Assembly (NCBI GenBank): GCA_964016885.1
Contig: OZ024749.1
Span: forward strand, 6,758,001 to 6,822,000
Direction: 5' to 3'
DNA: 64,000 bases
Origin: Eledone cirrhosa
Lineage: Eukaryota
Each line of letters starts with the position of its first letter. Position 1 is the first letter of the stretch. Made by a program: the position numbers and the translations under genes. The notes beneath the pieces are model-generated. The model saw only the letters and a list, made by a program, of their open reading frames with translations, was not told the DNA's origin and searched no databases. Below are positions 11,736 to 23,444 of the stretch, one piece after another.

Positions 11736-12470
11736 ATCCCCCTCTTTTAGTCTGTCTGTTTCTTTCACTCTCACTCTTTCTCTTTATAACTCACTCACAT
11801 TAATACTAAAGGGTTAAGGTATTGTTCTCAAAATAAATAATATTAAATATATGAGATTTTTATATTATGTGAGATAAAGCCTTTACCATGAAAATAATAT
11901 AGTATATAATGTAAATGTTAAAGGGTTAATTCCGTCAGACCATGTGAGAAAGTTTATAATCACTCCTGCACACATATACACTCACGCATACAAACGCACA
12001 CAAACTCACACGCGCACGTACACATATACGCAATAGTTATTCCACTGTCATGTATCTTTGACGCATAAAACTCTCAAAAGACGACGTCTGTCACTCTCTC
12101 TCTCTCCCGCTATCCCCCTCTTTTAGTCTGTCTGTTTCTTTCACTCTCACTCTTTCTCTCTGTAACTCGTTCACATTTCTCCTCTCTATCGAAAAACGCT
12201 GTGACGAATGGGGAAAAAGAGGAGGATGAGTAGAGATCCACTTCTTCACTTCGCCTCTCCGTTTCTTTCTCACCCCTCTCACTCCCTCATTATGTACATA
12301 CATTGGCCACTTCACTAATTCGATCCCTAGGTCAGAATAATTCGAAATTCTCTTTTGCTCAAATCACTTCCGGGGCCATACGCGTTACATGTGTAGAGTT
12401 TGAAAAAAACGGTTGGGTACTTCTCGAGTTTTAGGGAAACAGACACACAGACAGACATCCTCTGTTATAT
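10544..12470. mobile_element. Cluster of non-autonomous Helitron-like elements, partly inverted
   Basis: Minus-strand 3' ends (cgagcaacgccgag hairpin + CTAG) at 10544 and 11165. Segment 11325-11640 is the reverse complement of ~10860-11160. Related sequence occurs at 35570-35820 next to Helitron coding DNA. Confidence 0.65.
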
Positions 12471-12481
12471 ATATATATATA

Positions 12482-12829
12482 ATTGAAAAAGTGAAGAATA
12501 ACATGGTCAACAGTACAAAAAAGGGTTTTATTTACAGTCTGACAATTGTTTCACTGATTAAGTTGTCAATTTCAAATACGTTGTTAGCTTAACCAGATCA
12601 TCGGAGATAAATGACTGTTATATGTTCAGAATTCAAATTGTATTTGAATTCTGAACATATAACAGTCATTTATCTCCGATGATCTGGTTAAGCTAACAAT
12701 GTATTTGAAATTGAGTGGCACTGCTTCAAGTGTTCAGCAATTTTTAGACAACTTAATCAGTGAAACAATTGTCAGACTGTAAATAAAACTCTTTTTTGTA
12801 CTGTTGACCATGTTATTCCCTTTTTCAAT
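12482..12829. repeat. ~350-bp fold-back palindrome carrying a variant hammerhead fold (CCGATGA core) in both arms
   Basis: Arms are reverse-complementary around ~12639. On +: tct CCGATGA t CTGGTTAAG...CTTAATCAG t GAA ACAATTGT C aga (12673-12776). Confidence 0.8.
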
Positions 12830-13010
12830 GTTATTACTCCAAGATAAACATACATAGGAATACAAGTGAAATCATAAACTCGTCCCCTACGTAAACCCCT
12901 TGTTGAGTCAAACAACGCCGTACACTAAAACTATCCATAATACGAAGTATTCACAACCTCTAACTGGATTACCTATAACGATATTTTGTTATCCCTTATA
13001 TATATATATA

Positions 13011-13347
13011 TCATCATCATCATTTTACGTCCTCTTTTTCCCTGCTTGCAAGGGTGGGACGGGAACTGATTCTGGCTTGATTTCTACAGCTGGATGCCCT
13101 TCCTAACACCAACCTCATTTACAGTGAGTGCTGGGTGCTTTTTTGCCGTGGCACCTCCACGACCACTTTACAGTGGAATGATAGGGACCCCAGTCCCTAT
13201 CATCTCATTTCTACAGCTGAGTAAACTGGAGCAATGTGAAATAAAGTGTCTTGCTCAAGGAAACAACACATCACCCGGTCTGAGAATTGAACTCACAACC
13301 TTTTGATTGCAAGGCCAATGCTCTAACCACTAAGCCATGTGCCTCCA
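13011..13347 (-). mobile_element. SINE family A (tRNA head, CORE-like body, RTE family 1 tail)
   Basis: On the minus strand: A box TGGCTTAGTGG, B box GTTCAATTC, body ccttgagcaagacacttt...cagtttactcagctgtagaaatg, tail cccgtcccacccttgcaagcagg...(GAT)n. Confidence 0.85.
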
Positions 13348-13456
13348 TTTGAGGCTTGTTTGCATAATTGCAAACGAATCGAAGCCGTACCTATGTAAAC
13401 ACCGGGGGGGGGGGCGTTAGCCCCCTGGTGGTATCCAGTAGAAGCTAGGAGGACAA

Positions 13457-13498
13457 CCGTCTATACATTTCAGGCTTGACTGGCCTTCGTCAGGACGA
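13457..13498 (-). ncRNA. Minimal type I hammerhead ribozyme motif
   Basis: Minus strand: TCGTC CTGACGA AGGC cagtcaa GCCT GAA ATGTAT A GACGG. Confidence 0.75.
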
Positions 13499-13519
13499 TC
13501 CCTCCCCCCTCTTGCGACT

Positions 13520-13588
<69 letters not shown>

Positions 13589-14138
13589 AATATACATACA
13601 TAAATATGTAAATACATACATACATATATATATATAGGCAAAATTATTAGTAAAAGAGTTACAAGCAATTAAAACATATCTTTATAAAGATCTTACATAT
13701 GTTTCACCCAATGGGACTCGTCTGAGGCAGATACCAGGACAACAAAGTTTTTAATAAAATAACCTGTACAGGTAGAATAATACTTTAACATCAGAATGCA
13801 TTGTTAAGTATAGAAAAATGGAGGAGAGGTGTTTATCACCGCTCTGCTTATCCTTGTACACTAAATATTAACCTTCTCTAATATTTAATCCTGATAACCC
13901 AAGCATTGATCACTTACGCATCCACTTTTGGCATGTAATACTCTCTATCACACCTCCTTCTATCCTCCTTTACGATACTGTAACTTTTTATTATATATAT
14001 ATATATATATATATATTGGTAAACGGAATAGAAAATGCTGACAAATTGTTCACAGTGAAAAATAGTTTAATTAGGAATAAATGAGAATTAGTAATTGTAT
14101 TGGTTAGTATTCAGTTTTGGTTTTAAGTTTTACCGGTT

Positions 14139-14173
<35 letters not shown>

Positions 14174-14393
14174 TATATATTCACAGACATATATTCATAT
14201 GTAGTTGATGGATAAGAGAAAAGAGCTCTGTACTGAAGTAGAGTTGAAATGTCCATTTGTTATGGCTAAATTGTGGGCCTTGTTACACTGGCGTTTCATC
14301 TGCACATGCACACATTACCAACCCTGTATGTGCACAGGTAAAACTACTTAGTAATTTTACTCACTATTTAACCATAATAAATGAATAATATTT

Positions 14394-14433
<40 letters not shown>

Positions 14434-15001
14434 ATAAATATTTATACATACACCAATTAAACAAAGTCACAGGTGTTTTGGCAACTTTTCACGGTGTGGC
14501 TCAATGGAGAATTAATAAATTAATCAGAGCGAAATACTATAGAGTAAAGCATGTTCAGAGAATTATTTGATAATATATATACATCATCTCTACTCCCAAT
14601 CAGCATAATTAACCACACAAAAAATTAATTAGACCAGGCTATAAGAATAAAAGGCATCTATGAAGAAACAGTAAATAAATACGCCACAGCAGCGTCTCCG
14701 CGTGCAACCGCTATAGAATATTTACCCAACATTTCAACAGCACGTGGAAATTAATTAAATACACGGTCAACCATACATAATTGGGTAAAAATTAATGTTA
14801 GAAATGCTTATATACATACCAGGATTAAATCACTAAATCCCCTTATTGGTTAATTATGCTGATTGGGAGTAGAGATGCTGTATATATATTATCAAATAAT
14901 TTACTCTATAATATCTATATATATATAAAAATGAATGTATGTTTGTTTGTTTGTTTGTATGTATGTCCAAGAAGGAAGGGGAATAACTCTTTATTTACTA
15001 C

Positions 15002-15040
<39 letters not shown>

Positions 15041-15470
15041 ACATTGAAAAACAATGAAAAATTAAACAAATAACATGTTCTTCATATTAATCTATTGTAC
15101 TTAAATTTGCTGTCCATTGGTCTGACCTAATTATCTTTTACATTTGCTGTCCATTGGTCTGACCTAATTATCATATATATATATTCTCAGCAGTTCCAGC
15201 GGGTAGCAGCGGCGAGAGAATATACAGTGTTTTCTCTCTAGGTGTAATAACTCCAAAACAACTGTCGACTGTTTTCTCTCTGCTACCGCTGGAACAAAAG
15301 GATGTCGTCAGTCATCTAGAAAGCACACATGGTGTTATGAGGCTGTTTGCTTGCAAATGAAACAAGTATTAATAATATTATCAGTCACTCACAAATACAT
15401 ACATACACTGATGGTCATTATCGCTAAATATTGATGTTGATTTGATTATCAATATTAATATTATTGGGCA

Positions 15471-15593
15471 CCCACTGAAAAATTATAAGAGCCCACTTGA
15501 ATAAGTATCTGTTGATCTTATACAAACTTCTACATAAATTGGTATAATTTCACCTAACTTGTAGAAATCTTATAATGAAACGAGTCGTCTGGG
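15471..15593 (+). ncRNA. Decayed hammerhead motif (core CTGAAAA, G8A) with a large stem II loop
   Basis: Stem I CCCA/TGGG; stem II ATTATAAGA/TCTTATAAT; GAA ACGA-g-TCGT C. Confidence 0.45.
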
Positions 15594-16054
15594 AAAAGAT
15601 ATATTTGATATATCTCATATGAAATGATACAGCCAATGTTCCACACAATACAATTAGTTAGCACCCCGAACGTTTAATTAGGAATATACTCAGGTATTTC
15701 CTAATGTTTGTTGAGTGAGTTGGGATTTGGCCGGAGTATCGCTATTAGCTTTCTCCGATTATGTATTTATATATATATAAGTAGAAGGGATATTCAATTT
15801 GTTGCTAATTCAACAAATATAAATGTTTATAACTGATTCAGAGCACTCGACAAGTTTCTGGAGTATAATATTCAATGATATTAAATAAATGGAAACTATA
15901 TTTATTCTATTATATATATTTCAAGGGTACCATACTCATCTTAACAATTTGAAATATCTGACTTTTATTCTGTTATCCCTTCACTATCCAAGGAAAACTT
16001 GAACCATTAAGGTATTTTCCTTGGTTATGTCAAAATTTATAAAACACACTTCGT

Positions 16055-16113
16055 ATTTTATCTGATGAAAGCGTACCAAAGTTTTGATGCCCTTGAAATA
16101 TATATGATAGAAT
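16055..16113 (+). ncRNA. Hammerhead motif with a non-cleavable ATG triplet, in inverted repeat 15874-15930/16090-16158
   Basis: ATTTTAT CTGATGA AAG...CTT GAA ATATATAT G ATAGAAT. The opposite arm has ATA at the triplet but a decayed core. Confidence 0.5.
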
Positions 16114-16160
16114 AAATATGGTTTTATAAATATAGTTTCCATTTATTTAATATCATTGTG

Positions 16161-16192
<32 letters not shown>

Positions 16193-16421
16193 TATCAGTA
16201 AAGTGGTTGTGATGGTGACACAACAAAAAGCCCCCAGCTCACACTGTAAAGTGGTCATGTACGCGACACGACAAAAAACTCCCAGTACTCACTGTAAATG
16301 AGGTTGGCATCAGGAAGGGCATCCAGCAGCCCAAATCAGTTGTGTATGAGCGAGACATGTTCACCTGACCTACCATTGCCCACAACAGGATAACTCGTCT
16401 AACCTATGCTAACAGTGATGA

Positions 16422-16458
<37 letters not shown>

Positions 16459-16956
16459 ATTAGAGCAAACATCACAGGTGCTCTATCTCAAAATTATTTT
16501 TGAAAAGCATTAGAAATGCGCAACCGGTAAAAACTTAAAACTAAAACTGAATACTAACCAATACTTATTACTAATTTTTACTTATTCCTAACTATTTTTC
16601 ACTGGGAAAAATTTGTCAGCATTTTCTTTTCCTTTTACTAATATATATATATATATATATACATACATAAAGTATAACATAATGAATGTAAATATTTTGA
16701 TTGAGTCCACATGTCTGAGAAGCAGATCAATAATTGAGTCTAATCTGTAATATTGAAAAAATTCTTGACCCATTCATATGTGAAACATATGTAGCAATCG
16801 ATATACAATAAAAACATTTTAAATCGAAACTTCATTATTCCATACTTAATATAGAAACTTTACTGTAACATAAAGTGGTCACATTGGTGCCACTTCTTGT
16901 AGTCAACAAAATTACTGAATAACCTATATATACATATATATATATATATGCAGTAT

Positions 16957-17320
16957 ATCATCATCATCGTCATTTTACGTCCACTTTTCCTTGCTTGCAA
17001 GGGTGGGACGGGAACTGATTCAGGGTTGATGCCCTTCCTAACACCAACCTCATTTACAGTGAGTGCTAGGGGCTTTTTTTTTCTATGGCGCCTACACGTC
17101 CACTTTAGAGTGTGGGCTGGGTGCTTTTTTGCCGTGGCACCTCCACGACCACTTTGCAGTGGAATGATATGGACCCCAGTCCTATCATCTCATTTCTACA
17201 ATGTGGAGCAATGTTAAATAAAGTGTCTTGCTCAAGGAAACAACACATCACCTGGTCTGAGAATTGAACTCACAACCTTTCGATTGCAAGGCCAATGCTC
17301 TAACCACTAAGCCATGTGCC
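16957..17320 (-). mobile_element. SINE family A
   Basis: Same head, body and tail as 13011-13347, with the internal ~50-bp module duplicated. Confidence 0.85.
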
Positions 17321-17324
17321 AAAC

Positions 17325-17365
<41 letters not shown>

Positions 17366-17370
17366 TGTAT

Positions 17371-17409
<39 letters not shown>

Positions 17410-17552
17410 GTTCAAGATTATCGTGGCAGACACAGAGATGCAATAAGATGAAGTCTTATTAATGTCACGATTGGAAAAGAAGATAAATGTAAGTATAAAC
17501 ATATTGGACATTAGTCCTTCACCAAGAAGAACCTATTTCTTAAGATGGAAGG

Positions 17553-17584
<32 letters not shown>

Positions 17585-17615
17585 TTATTGAAGTTTGCTT
17601 GAAGCATTGTGGAAT

Positions 17616-17676
<61 letters not shown>

Positions 17677-17677
<1 letters not shown>

Positions 17678-17836
17678 CAGAGTATAAAAGTTTTAATATA
17701 GATGAGATTCTATAGGACTAGAACTACTTCATTCTTTAGAAATCATCAGGAATCATGAGATTCCTGATGATTTCTAAAGAATGAAACAGTTCTAGTCCTA
17801 TAGAATCTCATCTATATTAAAACTTGTATACTCTGC
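17677..17836. repeat. 160-bp fold-back palindrome with a hammerhead fold (+ copy at 17756-17810)
   Basis: Arms are reverse-complementary about ~17756: TGAGATTC CTGATGA tTTCTaaAGAAt GAAAC...ATA GAATCTCA. Confidence 0.85.
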
Positions 17837-17890
17837 AATGTATTGAGTACCTTACTTACTGTGGTTAACTCCGATTCAACCCAGAATAAC

Positions 17891-17931
<41 letters not shown>

Positions 17932-17938
17932 AATGGTG

Positions 17939-18028
<90 letters not shown>

Positions 18029-18041
18029 TATGAATGGTGTA

Positions 18042-18107
<66 letters not shown>

Positions 18108-18157
18108 GTGCTTTTTCCTTATATAGGTGTATATGTGTGTGTATATATATGTATGTA

Positions 18158-18188
<31 letters not shown>

Positions 18189-18406
18189 ATGTATATATTT
18201 GTTTATGTATATATATATATATATATATGTGTGTGTTTGTGTGTATATGTATATACACATATATGTGTGTATATATATGTATATCTATACACATGTATAT
18301 TTGTGTGTATGTATGTATGTGTGTGAGTGTATATATATGTGTATATATGTGTGTGTGTGTGTGTGTATATATATGTATGTGTGTGTGTATATATATATAT
18401 ATATAT

Positions 18407-19008
18407 GTTGCAGTTGGTGCTACTGGTAACATGTATCCCAGTACAACCTGTCCCATGGTCGGGTCGTTGGCGACTAAACTGGCAACCCCACCAAGGTTTC
18501 TTGGTGAGGAGGGTGACTTTGGACATCCTGCAGGACTAAAAACAAAACCTGTCAAAGGGCAAGGGAGCTCTTAAGACTCAATAGCCATCCAAAATCACCG
18601 GGAGAGATGACCCCTTAGCCATTGTCAAGGCAGAATTCTAGGAGAAGGAAAACTCTGATATAACACCTGCAACTCTGATGGTATCCAATGATGTTGAATT
18701 GTTCTTCTTTTTGGTAAATATCATCTTGGTTAAGAGAGTGGGACTGGCTTTGTGCAGTGCCTTTGCTCACTATAAAAGCTTCACGGCACAGGCATTGCTT
18801 TATATCTGGAGATCTCTCTGCACTTGTCAGCACATGGTACCATGGGCTCTGCGCTATGTGTCAATAATGGTCACAAGTGTAGTCTTTGTACCAGAGTTTT
18901 CAAGTCGCTGGCTGGACTAAAAAGTCACATTCGTTCAGCGCATCGGTAGGGGTTCTCCTACATGGATATAAAGTAGTGGCCGTACTCGAAAACGAGTTGG
19001 CAGCCACC

Positions 19009-19010
<2 letters not shown>
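18407..19010 (+). mobile_element. Bipartite RTE-derived element (5' UTR-like part joined to a C2H2 zinc-finger 3' end)
   Basis: Contains ctaggagaaggaaaactctga, a motif I recall from RTE 5' UTRs. Mini-ORF 18842-18949 MGSALCVNNGHKCSLCTRVFKSLAGLKSHIRSAHR has C-x2-C-x12-H-x4-H. A 3' stem-loop CTCG-aaaa-CGAG follows, and both flanks are (TA)n. Confidence 0.55.
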
Positions 19011-19062
<52 letters not shown>

Positions 19063-19644
19063 ATATATATGTGTGTATATATATATATATAAATATATTT
19101 ATATATGTGTGTGGGTTTTTTTATGTGTGTATATGTGTATGTATATGTGTGTTTATGGTTGCGCGCGAGTGTGTGAGTGAGTGTGTTTTTTTGTGAATGT
19201 GTCTGTTAATTTTTGGCATATAGTTGATTAGTTTAAGAGAAGTTCGAAGATAATTGTAAGATATGCACTCAGTATTTTGAATCTGTCTACAGAATTCTCT
19301 AAACCTTTGTCACTTAGTAGAACCTTAATGAATTTAGCTTTTAAAGAATCTCCCTTTCCTTTAATTCTATCTACCATGACTGACCCCCCACTGATCTTAT
19401 AGACATCTGTTAGCTTAAGAGAAACTTAATGACAAGGAATGGTATGCCATCCGGAACCTGTTTATAGAATTCTGTCTGCCTTTGTTACTCTAAAAACAAA
19501 AATTAAAAATAAACTATAGCTTTGTAGAATTAGCTTTTAATGAATTCCCTTTTCTATCAACCAATGACCTACACCCATCCCACTCCCCACCCTCTCCTAC
19601 CACTTGTAGAGACCTATAAATACCATATTTATTTTTTGATACCC

Positions 19645-19695
19645 AGATTCCTGATGATTTCTAAAGAATGAAACAGTTCTAGTCCTGTAGAATCT
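19645..19695 (+). ncRNA. Type I hammerhead motif (solo copy of the 17.7-kb family)
   Basis: AGATTC CTGATGA t TTCT aa AGAA t GAA ACAG ttctagtc CTGT A GAATCT. Confidence 0.7.
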
Positions 19696-19795
19696 CATCT
19701 ATATTAAAACTTATATATATATATATATATAACCCATGCTAGCATGGAAAATGGATGTTAAACGAAGATGATGATGATATATATATATATATATA

Positions 19796-20688
19796 CAGGG
19801 TGTGGACGATATTTGTTCGCAATTTTCAACTGCTAATTTTATGCAAATTTATTTTACTTCCATTGTCACTCTTGTCTTCATAAAAACAGTGACTATATTT
19901 CCATTATTTATTTTCAGAATAATTGATTATGAATAATTTTGAACCTCCAAATTTGTGGTAGAGACACGGAATTTTTCTTGGAATCCGCACCGGGAGGACA
20001 AAAAAGGACCAGAAGATCAACCCCCAGAACAACAGGTGGCTCGCTGTCTCATACAAAGACATGCCCAGAGTCATGCAGAGAAAGTTTCCAGCGACCACAT
20101 TGGTCTTAGGTGTCGTCAGCAGTCAAGGTGATGTCATGCCACCTCACTTCTTCCCTGAGGGCCTCAAGCTGAACACCGATGGTTACATCCGCATTCTGAG
20201 TGAGGTAGTAAAGCCCTGGATCGACCAGGTAGCTGCAGATAAGCCATACCTGTGGCAGCAAGACTCAGCACCCTGCCATACCAGCCGAAAGACCCAAGCC
20301 TGGCTGTCAGAGAACTTCGTCGACCACACTTCACCTGACATCTGGCCTCCCAGCTTGCCTGACTGCAACCCCCTCGACTTCTTTGCATGGGGCGCAGTGG
20401 AACAAGACACCAACAGATCTAGCTGCAATACGAAAGACGATCTGAAGGCCAAGATCACAAGTGCCTTCAGGGGCCTAAGTCGGGGGACAGTGACGAAGAC
20501 CTGTAGCTAGTTCCGAGGCCGCCTTGAGGCCGTCATCAAAGTCAATGGCGGGTTGATTGAGTGAGATCGAAAGAACAAGTCATGAAGACAAACTGACCCA
20601 AGTTTGATAAATATATCTTAAAAAATAAAACTACTGTGTTATTTTTTCCTAGACAGTAATCTTGCGAACAAATATCGTCCGCACCCTG
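19796..20688 (+). mobile_element. Internally deleted Tc1/mariner transposon, DD37D (maT) type
   Basis: 27-bp TIRs CAGGGTGTGGACGATATTTGTTCGCAA / TTGCGAACAAATATCGTCCGCACCCTG (1 mismatch) with TA on both sides. Transposase QQDSAPCH...PDCNPLD has 37 residues between the two Asp. Confidence 0.92.
20007..20563 (+). pseudogene. DD37D transposase C-terminal fragment
   Basis: ORF 20061-20510 plus in-frame FRGRLEAVIKVNGGLIE* after a premature TAG; the N-terminal DNA-binding domain is deleted. Confidence 0.85.
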
Positions 20689-21242
20689 TATATAAATCCT
20701 GCCATCTTAAGAAATACATATATATTAAGAGAGAGAGAGAGAAAGAGAGGGGGAGAGAGAGAGTTCAAGCTGAAACAAAGAAGACAAACAGGGAGAACAA
20801 TTATATAAATTCTTATTAGTTTTATGCTTGTAGCTCAAGAAAATGTGTGCGTATTTGTGTGCCTGTTTGTGTGTGCTTGTGTGTGTGTGTGCCTGTGTGT
20901 GTGTGTGTGTGTGCCTGTTTGTGTGTGTCTCTGTGTGTGTGTGTCTGTGTGTGTGTGTGTGCGCCTGTTTCTGTGTGTCTGTATGGGGGTGTCTGTGTGT
21001 GTGTATGTATGTGTCTGTTTGTGTGAATCATAAATCTAATCACAAAGCTGTTTCTAATATTCTAATTTCCATCTGAGTGAACTGGAGCAACGCGAAGCAA
21101 AGTATCTTACTCAAAGACACAATGTGACATACAATACAGGAACCAAACCCATGGCCCCTTGTGTGTAAAACAACACCCTAACCAACAGAGCACATGTCTC
21201 CAACTCTACTTAGCATTCTGCCTTCGTTTGGTGGCATCACAA

Positions 21243-22056
21243 TCTATATATATAAAACTGTGGTTGTCTGTCTGTCTATCGATTTTTGGCACACATCTCC
21301 TCTTAGAATCTCTCACGGAATTGCACAGAAATTGCTATACTTGTACATTGAGCCCTAGCGAAGACATCGGAAAAAAATATTTCAAATTGACCCACCCTAT
21401 GTGACGAAATCGAATATAATGTATCGATTTTTGAGCGTAAGTTATCAGTTATTTCCCTTTGTTCTGTTTACATTGAGCGTCTTACGTAAAAAATTACGCT
21501 GGCTTTCTCAGCGTTTAAAATGACATTAACACAATACACGAACAGTTGTCGAGCCAGCAAAATATTGACTTGCAAAATTCATCAGTTCGAACACTAAGCT
21601 TCCGTTTTGCTTCATTTCCATTTAAAAGCATTTTAAAACAATATTTTTACTTGAAAACAAGTCTATTTAAAGACTACGTAAAACAAGCAAATATTTCAGG
21701 CGTGCAGACAGACAGTCGTGCAGAGAGGTGATATAGGCGTGCAGACAGACATAACTGATAATTTGGTTACGCTAATGTTTTTCTCTGCGTTGCAGTGTTT
21801 ACATTTTCGATCTTTGTTAATAAATAATCAGTGCAGTTTCTATCCCCAGCATCCTCTTTTGTTATAACATTCGGGTTATCGTTATGTTTTCTTAACTTCA
21901 TAAGGCATATTGTTGGTTGAGGGAATATTAATCAAAAACACCACATGCAAGTCTGCACAGTAGACACTACAGTTTTTAAGCCAAAAAAGAAACTTAACAT
22001 TGTAACTTTAACACAGCTACTGAGCGACCCCGAGCAACGCCGGGCTTTACTGCTAG
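21243..22056 (+). mobile_element. Non-autonomous Helitron
   Basis: 5' end A|TCtatatatataaaa; 3' hairpin cccgagcaacgccggg followed by CTAG|T; no TSD. Confidence 0.8.
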
Positions 22057-22164
22057 TATATATATACAACTATTATAATAGCTGTCCAGAGAGAGTGCTG
22101 GATTGGCAGAATGGTTAGAGCATCAGAAAAACTAGTTTGCAGAATATAGTTAGGACCTTTATGT

Positions 22165-22920
22165 TCTTCTTCTTCTTCTTCTTCTTCACCCACTTATTCC
22201 TGAGAGGGTCGTGGGGGCAGAGTCCTCAAACACTCCTTCCAATGGGTCCTGTCAGAAGCAACCATCTCCAACTGATCTGGCTGGTTCCCCGAGCATGACC
22301 AGCCAAGCTCATCATCATCATCATCACCATCGTTTAACGTCCATCTTCCACGCTTGCATGGGTTTGGACGGGAGTTTTCCCACTTGAGGCAAGAGTGGTT
22401 GTCTTGCTCATATAGGACTGTCTGGCGGGTTTTCTACAGCTGGATGCCCTTCCTAACCCCAACCACATTTACAGTGTGGGTCTGGGAGGTTTTTACCGTG
22501 TTACCTACACGGCCACATTACAGCGTGGACCGTGTGTTTTTTGTCGTGACACCTACACGACCTCATTTATTTCGGACTGGATGTTGTGGTACCAACATAA
22601 CTTTACATCGAAAGGGGTGGTGTGGTTGGGGTGGGGGTGGTGGGACGGGGTATATTTTTGTTAGAGGTGCCTACTGACTGTAGTAGGTTTCGCTTTGTAC
22701 TCATAGATGTTATCTAACAATCTTGCTTGGGATCTTCCCCTGGGTGCTCTGCATGTTGTTTTTTTCCCATAAAAACTGTCAAGCGATTCTTTCCTGAGAC
22801 ATTCTACCCACAAATCCATAGTCTTGGAGCTGTGATCTCTCAATTCGGAGAAGTAGCGGCTCCACCTGGAGTGACTCTTTGATCTCTGAGCTACGCACTT
22901 TATCGAGTAATGTTACTCCA
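22165..22920 (-). mobile_element. RTE-like LINE 3' end with (AAG)n tail, interrupted at ~22311-22700 by the family 2 3' UTR
   Basis: Encodes TLLDKVRSSEIKESLQVEPLLLRIERSQL. The insert matches 9140-9514 and has ctcat at both junctions. A second fragmentary copy lies at 24415-24900. Confidence 0.6.
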
Positions 22921-23359
22921 AAGACCCCCCACCCCCCACCCCCCACCCTGCATTCAAATTTCACTATGGTCAGCTTTACCTCTCATCCTTCTGAGATATT
23001 GATAAAATAATGTACCGGTAATGTACTGGGGTTTTTTTATAATTGACTTTCATTGTTTACACAAATCGCTGGCTCAGTGATTAAATTAAGACATTTTGAA
23101 AATTGGGAAACAGTTATTTGTCACATGAAATTCTGCCCCTTTAAAACAACAACAACAGCAACAACAACAACAACAACAACAACAGAAGCAACAGCAGCAA
23201 CAACAACAGCAACAACAACAGCAACAACAACATGGCAGCAGCTCTTTCATATTTCACATATTCATGCTGCTAATACCTTGCTGAAAGATATTGATATGAT
23301 GGAATAATATTTCATTTTCCACATAATTTAGTGATTGTTGGCTGCGTAGCAAACGAATT

Positions 23360-23412
23360 TCATCATCATCATCATCATCAACATCATCACCACTATTATC
23401 AACATCACCACC

Positions 23413-23444
<32 letters not shown>

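Noticed and set aside
13270-13347. tRNA gene
   Set aside because: It is a tRNA-derived SINE head with A/B boxes, continuous with the SINE body in every copy.
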